Below, piece after piece: positions 18,683-29,103 of a DNA stretch of 59,965 bases. The DNA is from an uncultured Lachnospiraceae bacterium (GTDB taxonomy: Bacteria; Bacillota; Clostridia; Oscillospirales; CAG-272): NCBI GenBank assembly GCA_964498965.1, contig CAZCJU010000004.1, forward strand, positions 1 to 59,965, in the 5' to 3' direction. Below the pieces are notes generated by a model, which ran no database searches, had not been told where the DNA came from, and worked only from the letters and a program-made list of their open reading frames with translations. The first letter of the stretch is position 1; the number at the start of each line of letters is the position of its first letter. The translations under genes and the position numbers were made by a program.

Positions 18683-19840
18683 TCATACGGTAATTTCTTT
18701 TTTCATTCGCTCATACTCGCACAAGGCTGTGGAATGAAGCATTCTGCGAAATCTCAAATGCTTTGTGTTGGAGCGTGTATAATGCACACGGTTTGAAAGA
18801 ATGACCGTAAACATTCCCGTTGCCGAATCGACGTAAAGCGACGGACCGGTAAAACCCGTATGACCGTATGACAACGGTGCGTACAAACCGCCCGCAGAGC
18901 TACGGTAATTGACGGAGAGATCGAATCCGAGTCCCCTGTACTCGGAACCGAACGGGGTATGATTTTTCACCGCCGCCGCAAATGTTGACGGGGCAAGATA
19001 ATATCCGCCGTTATATTCTCCTTTGCCGGAAAGCATTGTTGCGAATTTTACCATATCGTCAATGCACGAAAAAACTCCCGCATTTCCCGACACTCCGCCT
19101 CCGAAGCGTGCGTTTTCATCGTGTACGATACCCTGCAAATACCGTTTAAGCTCCGGAGAATACTCCGTTGCGGCAAAGCTGTAACCGTTTGCTTTTCGGC
19201 ATTGCAACGGCACATAACAGGTATCGGTCATTCCCAACTTGTCGAAAACGAGCCGCTGTGCCAAAGCGTCGAGCCTTTCGCCCGTCGCTCTTTCGAGCAT
19301 ATGAGCCAAGAGTATGAATCCCATGCACGAATACTCCGTTTTGGTCTGTGCATTATACGCAAGCGGGTAATTAAGCACCGCATCGAGTATTCCGTCCTTA
19401 TCGGCACACAGCGAGGACAGGTGAAAATGCGATTTGATCCCGCTCGAATGTGTAAGCAGCTGAAAAACGCTTATCCCCCGTTTATCCCCGGGTGCGTCGG
19501 GTATAAGGCGTCCGACGGTATCGCAAAGCGTTATTTCTCCCAGCTCCGTAAGTTTCAATGCGATCATGGTCGTCGATATAAGCTTTGAAAGCGATGCCAT
19601 ATCGTACATCATTTCAAGCTTTGCCGCCGGAGCGTTTTGCGGTATTTCGCCGTCAAACACACCTGTCGGTGCTTCGTCGTCGAGAATGACACGTTCGTAA
19701 CCGAACACTTTTTTATAATATACTCTGTCCCTGTCGCCCACGGCAACGGCGAGTGACGGCGAAACTCTTTCGTTTATGCCTTGAATTATTTTTTGCTCGG
19801 TGTTTTTAAAAAAACTCTCGTAATTTGAAATATTTTTCAT
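18683..19840 (-). CDS. Serine hydrolase, beta-lactamase class C / AmpC-like family
   Basis: YDMASLSK (SxxK), LLTHSSG, YSCMGF, VHDENA, GHTGFTG; start moved to MKNISNY to avoid overlap with the divergent gene. Confidence 0.88.
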   Translation of the reverse strand: MKNISNYESFFKNTEQKIIQGINERVSPSLAVAVGDRDRVYYKKVFGYERVILDDEAPTGVFDGEIPQNAPAAKLEMMYDMASLSKLISTTMIALKLTELGEITLCDTVGRLIPDAPGDKRGISVFQLLTHSSGIKSHFHLSSLCADKDGILDAVLNYPLAYNAQTKTEYSCMGFILLAHMLERATGERLDALAQRLVFDKLGMTDTCYVPLQCRKANGYSFAATEYSPELKRYLQGIVHDENARFGGGVSGNAGVFSCIDDMVKFATMLSGKGEYNGGYYLAPSTFAAAVKNHTPFGSEYRGLGFDLSVNYRSSAGGLYAPLSYGHTGFTGPSLYVDSATGMFTVILSNRVHYTRSNTKHLRFRRMLHSTALCEYERMKKEITV

Positions 19841-19883
19841 TTTATTAAAATTCCAATATAGAAATTCAGAAAGCCGATCGATC

Positions 19884-20756
19884 ATGAAATGTGAATTATG
19901 TCCGAATCGTTGCGGTGTTGACCGCTCATTCACCGTAGGTAGATGCGGTGTCGGAAACAAGGTCAAGGTGGCACGTGCCGCCTTACATATGTGGGAAGAA
20001 CCGATAATTGTCGGCAAAGGAGGCTCGGGGACTGTATTTTTTTCGCACTGCACGATGAGATGCGTATACTGTCAGAATCACAAGATCAGTGCGGAGGGCT
20101 ATGGCAAGGAGATAAGCGACGAGCGGCTCGGCGAAATTTTTCTTTCGCTCGAACAACTCGGTGCGGAAAACATAAATCTCGTTTCCCCGACGCCTTACGT
20201 TTTCAACATACTTAACGCACTCGACATCTGTGAAAAGCCGAAAATTCCGATAGCCTGCAACGTCGGCGGCTACGAGCTTGCCGAAACGGTCGATCTGCTT
20301 TCGGGCTTTGCGAGCATTTTCATGCCCGATTTCAAATACGGTGACGATGAGGGCGGGTACAAGTATTCCGGGGTTTCGAATTACCCGTTGCACGCCTTAC
20401 GCAGTATCGAACGCATGCTCGAAAAGCAGCCGACCGCAGTCACGGAAAACGGATTGCTTAAGTGTGGCGTGATCGTGCGTCATCTTGTTCTGCCGTCACG
20501 CAAGGACGACAGCATAAAAATACTTCGCACACTTGCCGAAAATTTCGGCACAAAGGGCTATTATCTCAGCCTTATGCGTCAGTACACGCCGTGTCACAGG
20601 GCGTTTGAATACAAAGAGCTTAGCCGACGTCTGACGAGCTACGAATACGATCGGGTAGCCGACGAGGCACGTGAGCTGGGCTTTGAGGGCTTTTTGCAGG
20701 AAAAGCCGTCGGCAAGTCTTGAGTACGTACCGGATTTCGATCTTACCGGCATATGA
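19884..20756 (+). CDS. Radical SAM protein, PflX-like
   Basis: CELCPNRCGVDR, HMWEEP, CTMRCVYCQN (CxxxCxxC), NINLVSPT, PDFKY, IVRHLVLP. Confidence 0.9.
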   Translation: MKCELCPNRCGVDRSFTVGRCGVGNKVKVARAALHMWEEPIIVGKGGSGTVFFSHCTMRCVYCQNHKISAEGYGKEISDERLGEIFLSLEQLGAENINLVSPTPYVFNILNALDICEKPKIPIACNVGGYELAETVDLLSGFASIFMPDFKYGDDEGGYKYSGVSNYPLHALRSIERMLEKQPTAVTENGLLKCGVIVRHLVLPSRKDDSIKILRTLAENFGTKGYYLSLMRQYTPCHRAFEYKELSRRLTSYEYDRVADEARELGFEGFLQEKPSASLEYVPDFDLTGI

Positions 20757-20822
20757 GCGATATTTCCGCATGGGATTATATCATTTATCGGACGTTTTGT
20801 CAATAGGAAAGAGCAAACACGT

Positions 20823-23039
20823 TCAGTCCGACAATGCGGCAAGATTCCTTTCGGTGATAACTATGATAATATAATCCGGGCAAAGCGACTCGATCGTTTG
20901 CATATCGGGCGTATATCTCCACATTTTTTCATATACAGCCGACGAAAAATGCTCGCTGAGCAACGGATACAGCTGTGAGGAATACGAATCACGCATAATG
21001 TACGCCGTGGGAAGCGACGCATCCGAAACGGTCGTGGTAAACGGCTCGGTGCATTCCGCACGTCCGATGGTATCCGTATCGCACAGCCGCTCGTTTATGT
21101 GCGATTCGAAATTCTTTTCGAGATACGGTACGCTTTCGTAAAGTACATCTCCTATATCGAGGTAGCCTGCAAGATCGCCGCCGCAACTTTCGCATATATT
21201 CACGGTAAAATCGTCGAGAGAATGCGGCTTCACGCACGAGAAATCCTTTTCTATCTCCGACATGAGCGTATAATAACCAAAAAACGCTCCGAGTTCGCTC
21301 CAATGAGTATCGGTTTGATAATATAATTTTCCGAGTTCCTTGTTTTCCGACATTATATCGGCAAGGTACGGCATAATAACGCTCTCCGAAGCATCGAACA
21401 ATGAGGCAAGCTGCTTTGTTCTCGTGTTTTTCGCACGGGCGTTTTTTATTTGCTCGACCGAATCCGAGCCGTAGACGGCAACCGGATCGGGAGCGACGAG
21501 TATCGCAAGCTTTGTATCTTTACCCGTAAGCTTTCGCACGTCGGAAACGAAATTTTCCGCACTTGCTTTTGCGGCGGCAAGTTCTTTATCCGAAAAGAGC
21601 CTTTTGCCTTTGTATTCCGTAAGTGCCGGGGCATAATACAACATATCTCCGCCGTACACGACGGAATTTGCCGAAGGAGCGGTAACCGAGTATTTCACCG
21701 TAACGTAGACAGGATCGGATATAAGCTTGCCGCTTGCACTTGCCGTTATTTTCAGCTGTTCGGAAAGAGAATACATTTTCGCTTCGAGAATAAAAAGTCC
21801 GTCGCGGCACACGCACGTTGTGCTGTATCCGTCGTATGTCGCAGTGATCAACGCACCCGATTCGGCGTTCCCGAAAAGCAGTGCGGTGCTTCGATCCTTG
21901 TTTGTTTTTGCGGTTATTACGGGTGCCGATGTTTTTTCGCTCGACAAGCCGACTTCGTCAAAGCTACGTGCGTCGTCCGTATCGAGCAGTCTGTACAATT
22001 CGTCCTCTCTAAGCACGGTCATAACGCAGGACGGGTGATATTTCTCGATCAGCTTTTCCGAATAGTTCTGTCCCACCGTATATACGGCACTCGCAAACGA
22101 CGAGGACAAAAACGGTTGCAAAAGATTTCGCTCGTACCGAGTCGGTATTTGGAAAGCAATACACCCTCCCGCCGTCGAGCCGCCGTATTCGTTTTTCAGC
22201 CTTGTATATTCCTCTCCGCTGTCCGAGCTTTCCGTTTCGTACATTTCGCAGAAGCGGGAAAGAGAAAAATACACATCGTAATTTCTTATCAAGCCGTCAA
22301 GTCCGGTACCGTCGGTCAGGCTCTTGCCCTTGGTGTATGCCGTTTTGATCTCCGTTCCGTCAAGTGCATTCTTTCTCGCTCGCTTTTCGACCGTTTCGGG
22401 CAAGTGAGAAAGCATACAGCGGTACAAATAATATCCGCCGAGAGTATTTGCCGTGTTTTCCGTATTGTTGTACAGCGGGTACTCGCCGTCGGTGTCAAGC
22501 GACGCCAAATCAATCCTTATATCCGCTTTCGACAAATACTCGACAAGCTGCTTCGCACGGCTCGTGCCGTCCGCTCTTTCGTCCTCGACGTATTCTCCGT
22601 AAACGGTCTGGCTGTTCGGTATTATAAACAGACAGTACTCCGTTCCCGTTCGGGCGTACACGCTTTTTCTTTGCAAAACGATATTTTTCAGTTTCTCCAA
22701 CTCCTCGGCGGTGTACATATTTTCTCCCCGCCTGTCGGCTACGTAATCGAATCTGCCGTTCATACTTTTCGTCGGGAACAGAAATCCGTTTTTTCCTTTT
22801 TCGGCGTTTTCGGAATCGAACACGCCGAAATACTTGTATTTTATTTTCGTCCACAGCTCCGATACGGTGTTTTTGCGGCTCACATTGTAAAACACCTCCG
22901 AAAACGTCGGCTGTCCATCGTCTTTCTCGGACTTAAGCTCGGAATATACGCACCCCGCACTCAAACCGTAAAATATCAATGCCGAAGCGAATGATACGGC
23001 GCAAAGCACCGCAGTGAGCTTGAACGCACGTTTTTTCAT
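20823..23039 (-). CDS. Membrane-anchored tandem AlgX/AlgJ (DHHW-like, SGNH) polysaccharide O-acyltransferase-like protein
   Basis: N-terminal TM; C-terminal domain with LYYQTDTHWS, GGDLA and IMRDSY; degenerate N-terminal copy; ATGA overlap with the upstream gene. Confidence 0.75.
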   Translation of the reverse strand: MKKRAFKLTAVLCAVSFASALIFYGLSAGCVYSELKSEKDDGQPTFSEVFYNVSRKNTVSELWTKIKYKYFGVFDSENAEKGKNGFLFPTKSMNGRFDYVADRRGENMYTAEELEKLKNIVLQRKSVYARTGTEYCLFIIPNSQTVYGEYVEDERADGTSRAKQLVEYLSKADIRIDLASLDTDGEYPLYNNTENTANTLGGYYLYRCMLSHLPETVEKRARKNALDGTEIKTAYTKGKSLTDGTGLDGLIRNYDVYFSLSRFCEMYETESSDSGEEYTRLKNEYGGSTAGGCIAFQIPTRYERNLLQPFLSSSFASAVYTVGQNYSEKLIEKYHPSCVMTVLREDELYRLLDTDDARSFDEVGLSSEKTSAPVITAKTNKDRSTALLFGNAESGALITATYDGYSTTCVCRDGLFILEAKMYSLSEQLKITASASGKLISDPVYVTVKYSVTAPSANSVVYGGDMLYYAPALTEYKGKRLFSDKELAAAKASAENFVSDVRKLTGKDTKLAILVAPDPVAVYGSDSVEQIKNARAKNTRTKQLASLFDASESVIMPYLADIMSENKELGKLYYQTDTHWSELGAFFGYYTLMSEIEKDFSCVKPHSLDDFTVNICESCGGDLAGYLDIGDVLYESVPYLEKNFESHINERLCDTDTIGRAECTEPFTTTVSDASLPTAYIMRDSYSSQLYPLLSEHFSSAVYEKMWRYTPDMQTIESLCPDYIIIVITERNLAALSD

Positions 23040-23887
23040 ACGGCGGAGCCTTGAATTATTTCGCATTCGCATTTGTATTTGCTGTCGGCGGTATAGACCA
23101 GCTCCGTTATGCTGTCCGCACGAATGTGTCCCGAGCGGGGATTTTTCACCGAAAGGATATTTCCTTTTATCGTCGCCTCAACGTCGGAATACTCGAAAGA
23201 AAGATCCGCCGACTCCGTTTCGCAATCGATCAGTCGCAGTCCCTTACAATAACAAAGCGGCTGTGTTCCGATTATTTTACAGCCTATAAGCGTAAGATCC
23301 GTCGAATACCACGCAAGGTACTCGCCTTTTATAACGCTGTTTTTCACCGTCACGTTTTCGGAGTGCCAAAACGCATCCTTTGTGTCAAGCACGCTGTTTT
23401 CGATAACGACGTTTTTCGTGTACTGAAACGAATACTTGCCCTTAAAGCGTATCGAATCGGCTTTAATGTCGCTCGCTTCCAAAAAAGCGTATTCGCTTTC
23501 AAGTTCACTCCCCGTTATCGTAATGCCATGACTTTTCCAGCCGAATTCGGGTGAAACGACGTGCGTATCGCAAATACGCACGTTTCCGCACTCTCTCAAC
23601 GCCTTTATTCCGAGCAGGTGCGACGAGCTTATTTCGACGTTTTCCGTATACCAAAGAGCCGCACGGCACTTATCGGTCATCGTCACGCCGTCGAGCCTTG
23701 CGTTTCGGCAATGCCACAGCGGATAACGCAAATTCATAAAGCAATCCTCAAGCCTTATATCGCCCGCTTCTTTAAGTGCCGACTCTCCGTCCTCTTTTCC
23801 GTCAAATGTACAGTGTCTTAAATGCACTCCGTTCACCGCATACAGATCTCTTTCGTACGGAAAATTTTTATTCTCGATCAGTTTCAT
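23036..23887 (-). CDS. DUF3737 family beta-helix protein
   Basis: ERDLY, GESALKE, LRYPLWH, GKYSFQY, TKDAFWH, GEYLAW, GTQPLCY; SD AGGGGGAG. Confidence 0.88.
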   Translation of the reverse strand: MKLIENKNFPYERDLYAVNGVHLRHCTFDGKEDGESALKEAGDIRLEDCFMNLRYPLWHCRNARLDGVTMTDKCRAALWYTENVEISSSHLLGIKALRECGNVRICDTHVVSPEFGWKSHGITITGSELESEYAFLEASDIKADSIRFKGKYSFQYTKNVVIENSVLDTKDAFWHSENVTVKNSVIKGEYLAWYSTDLTLIGCKIIGTQPLCYCKGLRLIDCETESADLSFEYSDVEATIKGNILSVKNPRSGHIRADSITELVYTADSKYKCECEIIQGSAV

Positions 23888-24160
23888 ATTTCTCCCCCTA
23901 CGGCACGCCGAAGCACGGCATACCGCCCATGCATTGTATTTTACCATAAAATGCGAACAAATGCAACCGTTTTCCGAAACTTATTTTTATTCTTTATTTT
24001 CATTTGTTATCGCATGCCCGTTCGCAAATATCGAGTATGCAAGCGTGCGTGAACATACTTTGCCGACTTTGTGAATTATACATACATATATATATTGTTG
24101 CAACGTGCCTAATCCGCAAAATTTTATTTAAGCGAAATATATATTTTTTAACCAAAACTA

Positions 24161-24189
24161 TTGACGATTGCAAAGCCGTCATGTATAAT
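24161..24189 (+). promoter_or_regulatory. Sigma-A promoter
   Basis: TTGACG, 17 bp, TATAAT. Confidence 0.75.
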
Positions 24190-24390
24190 GATGATACGGA
24201 GTAAAGATTCCATTGCGTTTTCTTTAAATTTCCGATCAATTCCGAACAAATGTGCGGCACGGAGGTATATTATGAAGATTATCTGTATTTTTTAGGTTGC
24301 GATTTTAACTGTTTGATTTTGCGGTTGAAATCGTGCTTACCGATTTATCGTTGCACACTCCAACTCATAATTCATGAAAGGATTACCAAA

Positions 24391-25950
24391 ATGAAACAGA
24401 TTCACACCACATCGAAAAAATTATTTGCAATGAAAAAATTAACCGCTCTATTACTGCTTACGGCGTTTTTACTGTCGTTCGTTTCCTGTTCGGGCAATTC
24501 CGATATGACAGATTCCGACACGAGCGGTGACACGGGAAAACAGGCGGAAAGCACTTTCTGTGATACGACAGATATTCCTCCGACAGTTGAGTCTTCTCAA
24601 AACAGAATACTCGACGATGACGGCTTTGTACGCACATCGAGCGGAGTTCTCTGTCTTGATACGGAATACAACACGGCATATAAGCAACTGATAAAGGGGC
24701 TTCCGATATATCTTGCATACACAACCAACGAAACGTTTTATCTGTCGCACGATGTCGAAACTCTCATTCCCGAAAAATACACGTCTTACGGTTTGTATTA
24801 CGAATGCAATGAAAGCAAGACCATGTACACTATACACCTTATGCTGATAAAAAGCTCGTACGGTTCGGCCCGTGCATATGTGATAACATACGATGCGACA
24901 AGCGACAAATACACCGTCGAGCCGAAATACACACTTTCGGAAACGCTCATCGCTTCCGACGGAAGCTACTACGCCTCCATGCCGACCGATGTAAACGGAT
25001 ATACGATCGATTACGACGACAAAAGTCCCTCATGTGTTCTCAACGAAAAATTCGAATTTATCGTTACGCCCGGAACGCTTGAGCATGGCGAGTACTACCC
25101 GTTTGTCGGAAGAACGGATATAATCGCCAAAAACAACGAAATCACCGAAGAATGCGGTGTAACGGTCACTGTCACGGCAGACGGAAAGCAATATATCGAC
25201 CACGGCGGTATCGGTTCGCCGCTTATGAATGTGGCAATCGTTTCTTGTAATACCGAGTATGTTAAATTCGATCTGTTCGCAAAAAAGACTTACACTGTCG
25301 GTGACACATTTCCCTCCAAATCAAGTACCATCGGAAGTACACTTGATTTTGAAGTGCCGAATTACGATGAAAAGAGAGATAAGCCGAACAACTACGTTTA
25401 TCGTTCACGCAACATCGCCGGTGAAAAATTCGAAACGGTGGTCGACAGCGACGGCGAGAACATATATTACGGCTGTTCCTACAACGGAAAAATCATTGTA
25501 GAGCCGGTATACACTTCTATTGTTTACAGTATAAGCAATACATCCTTGTATTTCATGATATTAATGAATGAAAACGGTATGATAATTGTAAATCAAGAAA
25601 TGCGGAGCATTAAAATATACTCCTTTGACGAATATGTATATACCGACTCATTGCTTTATGTAAAGCGTGCGGACGGCAAATGGGGAACGATCTCACCGTA
25701 CAGTAAGCTCTTTGCATACGGTTTAACGGCATACGACTTTATATACGATGACGTAAAATACGAAGATGTGGCGATATTCACTTGTCACGACGAAAACGGC
25801 GAGGTATATTACAGAGTAAACGAAATTGACGAAAAATTCGCCTCGGTCGAATCCGAGGGTTACAGGATCAAAGTCAAGACGACGGACGGCGAAGAATTTT
25901 ACATGGCGGAATCGGGATACGGACTTTGCAAAATAATTTACGACAGATAA
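24391..25950 (+). CDS. Lipoprotein of unknown function (Tyr-rich, WG-repeat-like C-terminus)
   Basis: SD GAAAGGA; lipobox LSFVSC; motifs IIVEPVY and DGKWGTI; alternative start at 24430. Confidence 0.65.
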   Translation: MKQIHTTSKKLFAMKKLTALLLLTAFLLSFVSCSGNSDMTDSDTSGDTGKQAESTFCDTTDIPPTVESSQNRILDDDGFVRTSSGVLCLDTEYNTAYKQLIKGLPIYLAYTTNETFYLSHDVETLIPEKYTSYGLYYECNESKTMYTIHLMLIKSSYGSARAYVITYDATSDKYTVEPKYTLSETLIASDGSYYASMPTDVNGYTIDYDDKSPSCVLNEKFEFIVTPGTLEHGEYYPFVGRTDIIAKNNEITEECGVTVTVTADGKQYIDHGGIGSPLMNVAIVSCNTEYVKFDLFAKKTYTVGDTFPSKSSTIGSTLDFEVPNYDEKRDKPNNYVYRSRNIAGEKFETVVDSDGENIYYGCSYNGKIIVEPVYTSIVYSISNTSLYFMILMNENGMIIVNQEMRSIKIYSFDEYVYTDSLLYVKRADGKWGTISPYSKLFAYGLTAYDFIYDDVKYEDVAIFTCHDENGEVYYRVNEIDEKFASVESEGYRIKVKTTDGEEFYMAESGYGLCKIIYDR

Positions 25951-25963
25951 TATCAAATATTTT

Positions 25964-26035
25964 TCCGCACCCCGTGTTGATATGCACCTCAAAAAGTGTC
26001 TAACTTTTGGGGTGCATATCAACACGAGGTGCGGA
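25964..26035. mobile_element. IS3-family-like fused terminal inverted repeats (MITE or scar) inside a larger hairpin
   Basis: TGATATGCACCTCAAAAA...GTCTAACTTTTGGGGTGCATATCA (25978-26021) with TG..CA ends, flanked by TCCGCACCCCGTGT/ACACGAGGTGCGGA. Confidence 0.6.
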
Positions 26036-26094
26036 TATTTTTGTTTTCTTTCGCATAAGCATATTGTAATATCCGGCACGGAGGGGAAACAGGC

Positions 26095-28692
26095 GTGACA
26101 GAACAAAAACAAAAAATAGGTCTTACGGCAGAACAGGCACGGCAAAGCGGAGAGCTGTACGGCTATAATATCATAAAGCGAAAAAGGCAAAAGCCGTTTT
26201 TGCGACTGTTTTTATCGTCGTTTAACGATCCGATAATAAAAATTCTTCTTGTCGCTCTTTTTATCAATATAATTTTACATATAAGTGATTTTAACCCCTA
26301 TGAAACGATCGGCATAGCGGCCGCCGTATTGATATCAACGCTCGTATCCGCATCAAGCGAATACGGCAGTGAAAAGGCATACTCGACGTTGCTTGACGAA
26401 AGTGAAAACGCAACGGTAACGGTGTTTCGTTCCGGTACGCCCGTCAGTTTGATGTCATCGCAAATAGTCGTCGGCGATGTCGTTCTCCTGCACCCGGGAG
26501 AAAAGCTACGTGCAGACGGCTATCTTTCGCACGGGCGGATCACGGTAAATCAGTCGCCTCTAAACGGTGAAAGCGAGGAAGTGACCAAAGCTGCCGGAAA
26601 AAGACCGTCCTCCCCTTCCCTTTCGGACGTATGCAGCTTATTTTCCGGTTCTCTCGTATGCGGCGGAGAAGGGTATATGACCGTCACGGCTGTCGGAGAA
26701 AATACATACTACGGAAACATCGCAAGCGAGCTTGCCGTTGAAAGCGGTGCTTCGCCGCTCAAGGAAAAACTCGGCGTACTTGCAAAGACTATCAGCAAAT
26801 ACGGTTACATATCGGCTTTTCTCGTTGCCACGGCCGATCTGATAAATTCCGTTTTTATTGATAACGGATTTTCACCCCTGCTTATTGCAAAAACGCTGAC
26901 TTCACCGTCCGTTATCCTATCGTTACTGCTTCACGCCCTGACGCTCGCACTGACCGTCGTTATCGTTGCCGTTCCCGAAGGGCTTCCGATGATGATAGGC
27001 GTCGTGCTTTCCCGCAATATCAAAAAAATGAAGCACGACTGCGTCATGGTACGGCGTCCTGTCGGAATAGAAACCTCCGGCGGAATAAACATACTTTTTA
27101 CCGACAAGACAGGGACGCTCACCGAGGGTAAAATGAGCGTAAGGGGCTTCATGACCGGTGACGGCGATTACAGCGAAGGAAAACTGCCCGAAGCACTGAT
27201 ATCGCATTACGCCGCTTCCTGTCTGCTCGACACCGCCTGCATTGAAACCGATAAGGGTATACAAGGCTCTTCTTCGACGGACACCGCATTGTTCTCCCAT
27301 GCGAAAATTTACAAAAGTCGCATAAAAAATTCCGAAGTGATCTCGAAAACGCCTTTTTCGTCGGATAAAAAATACTCCTCCGTTACATTGAAAACGGATG
27401 GCGGTGACATAATATACCGCAAAGGTTCTCCGGAGCTTTTGATCTCGAAATGCTCCCATTACCTCACCCGCAACGGCAAAAAGGCCGTGCTTGACAAAGG
27501 TAAGGCACTTTCCTCGCTTGCCGTCCTCTCCGAATCGGCGTACCGTGCGGTAGCGATAACATATTCGCAGAACGGCAAATGCGTTTTAGTCGGTGCGGTC
27601 TTACTGTCCGACGGAGTAAGAAAACAGGCACGCAATGCCGTGGCACGACTTCAAGGTGCGGGTGTCGAGGTCATTATGATAACGGGTGACAGCGAATTTA
27701 CCGCACGTGCCGTCGCCGAAAAAACGGGCATAATAAAGGACGAGCGAAGCAGAGTTATCACGGGGCAACAGCTTTCCCGACTTAACGACAGCGAGATCGA
27801 ACAAATTCTGCCGTCCATTGCCGTTATCGCACGTGCTTATCCGTCGGACAAAAGCCGCATGGTACGTATTTGCAAAAATGCGGGCTATGTTGTGGGAATG
27901 ACGGGCGACGGAATTAACGATTCACCGGCTCTGCGTTCGGCAGATGTGGGTTTTGCGGTCGGAAGCGGTTGCGACGTGGCAAAGGAGGCGGGTGACATCA
28001 TTATAACCGACGATGATATTTCGTCTGTGGCAAAGGCGGTACTGTACGGCAGGACGGTCTATAAAAGCATAAAAAAGTTTTTGCTTTTCCAACTGACAAT
28101 GAATTTCTGTGCCGTCGGAATATCTCTCATAGCACCGCTCATCGGCTGTGAAACGCCTGTCACGGTCATTCAAATGCTTTGGATAAATATCATAATGGAC
28201 ACTCTCGCCGCACTTGCATTCGCCGCAGAAGAGCCGAGGGACGAATACATGCTTCAGGTCCCCGCAGATCGCAACGAAAACGTACTGAACGCAAAAATGA
28301 AACGTCGAATAGCGTTCACCGGTACGCTTTCGACGTCGATAATGATATGGTTTTTGAAATCCGAATTTGTCAAAGGCTTCTTCGGCTTTTATCACGATCC
28401 GCTTCCGTTTTACTGCGGCTTTTTCGGCTTATTTGTCTTTACCGGCATATTTAACTGCTTTAACGCCCGAACGCATCGACTTAACATTTTTTCGCATCTT
28501 TCGCACAACAAATCGTTTTGCTTTATCATGTCCGCCGTGTTTGCGGTACAACTTGGGATTATGTATTACGGCGGCATGACGTTTCGCTGTACTCCGCTTT
28601 CGCCGTATGAGCTTTTATTCGTTCTGCTTCTTTCCTTGCTTGTCATTCCCGCAGATCTTTTGCGTAAGCTGTTCGACAGAGGCGAAATATGA
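26095..28692 (+). CDS. Calcium-translocating P-type ATPase (type II)
   Basis: VPEGLP, DKTGTLT, KGSPE, MITGD, TGDGINDSPAL, QMLWINIIMDT; the actuator motif reads NGES. Confidence 0.93.
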   Translation: MTEQKQKIGLTAEQARQSGELYGYNIIKRKRQKPFLRLFLSSFNDPIIKILLVALFINIILHISDFNPYETIGIAAAVLISTLVSASSEYGSEKAYSTLLDESENATVTVFRSGTPVSLMSSQIVVGDVVLLHPGEKLRADGYLSHGRITVNQSPLNGESEEVTKAAGKRPSSPSLSDVCSLFSGSLVCGGEGYMTVTAVGENTYYGNIASELAVESGASPLKEKLGVLAKTISKYGYISAFLVATADLINSVFIDNGFSPLLIAKTLTSPSVILSLLLHALTLALTVVIVAVPEGLPMMIGVVLSRNIKKMKHDCVMVRRPVGIETSGGINILFTDKTGTLTEGKMSVRGFMTGDGDYSEGKLPEALISHYAASCLLDTACIETDKGIQGSSSTDTALFSHAKIYKSRIKNSEVISKTPFSSDKKYSSVTLKTDGGDIIYRKGSPELLISKCSHYLTRNGKKAVLDKGKALSSLAVLSESAYRAVAITYSQNGKCVLVGAVLLSDGVRKQARNAVARLQGAGVEVIMITGDSEFTARAVAEKTGIIKDERSRVITGQQLSRLNDSEIEQILPSIAVIARAYPSDKSRMVRICKNAGYVVGMTGDGINDSPALRSADVGFAVGSGCDVAKEAGDIIITDDDISSVAKAVLYGRTVYKSIKKFLLFQLTMNFCAVGISLIAPLIGCETPVTVIQMLWINIIMDTLAALAFAAEEPRDEYMLQVPADRNENVLNAKMKRRIAFTGTLSTSIMIWFLKSEFVKGFFGFYHDPLPFYCGFFGLFVFTGIFNCFNARTHRLNIFSHLSHNKSFCFIMSAVFAVQLGIMYYGGMTFRCTPLSPYELLFVLLLSLLVIPADLLRKLFDRGEI

Positions 28693-28706
28693 TTTTCCCG
28701 AATCAC

Positions 28707-28739
28707 AACGGGGCTGTAGTAAAAACAGCCCCGTTTTTT
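28707..28739. terminator. Terminator between convergent genes
   Basis: AACGGGGCTGT-loop-ACAGCCCCGTTTTTT. Confidence 0.8.
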
Positions 28740-28752
28740 GAATTGTATCGAT

Positions 28753-29103
28753 TTATTCGAGTCCCAAGCTTACCGAGATCGCATCGTTCACCTTACACAT
28801 GATGTTTTCGTCGAGGTGACCCATTTTTTCTTTAAGTCTTGTTTTATCTATCGTTCTCATTTGCTCAAGCAAAATAACGGAATCCTTTGCCAATCCGTAG
28901 CTTTCGGCATAAACGCCGATATGTGTCGGAAGCTTTGCTTTTGTGACTTGGCTTGTGATTGCGGCGGCGATCACCGTCGGACTGTATCTGTTTCCGACAT
29001 CGTTCTGTACGATAAGTACGGGACGCAGACCACCCTGCTCCGAACCGACCACAGGCGACAGGTCGGCGTAAAAAATATCTCCTCTTTTAACTATCATTTT
29101 CAA
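28753..29103 (-). CDS. mazF: PemK/MazF family endoribonuclease toxin (EndoA-like)
   Basis: [61 protein letters not shown]; SD GGAGG. Confidence 0.96.
   Translation of the reverse strand: MKMIVKRGDIFYADLSPVVGSEQGGLRPVLIVQNDVGNRYSPTVIAAAITSQVTKAKLPTHIGVYAESYGLAKDSVILLEQMRTIDKTRLKEKMGHLDENIMCKVNDAISVSLGLE

Noticed and set aside
19841-20053. Long N-terminal extension of the serine hydrolase in the ORF track
   Set aside because: It overlaps the divergent radical SAM gene; the ATG at 19840 is the more plausible start.
21450-22994. 514-aa plus-strand ORF
   Set aside because: Antisense shadow of the AlgX-like gene; composition is not protein-like.
26553-26580. NGES instead of TGES in the P-type ATPase actuator domain
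   Set aside because: The catalytic Glu is retained and all other motifs are intact; probably a subfamily variant rather than inactivation.
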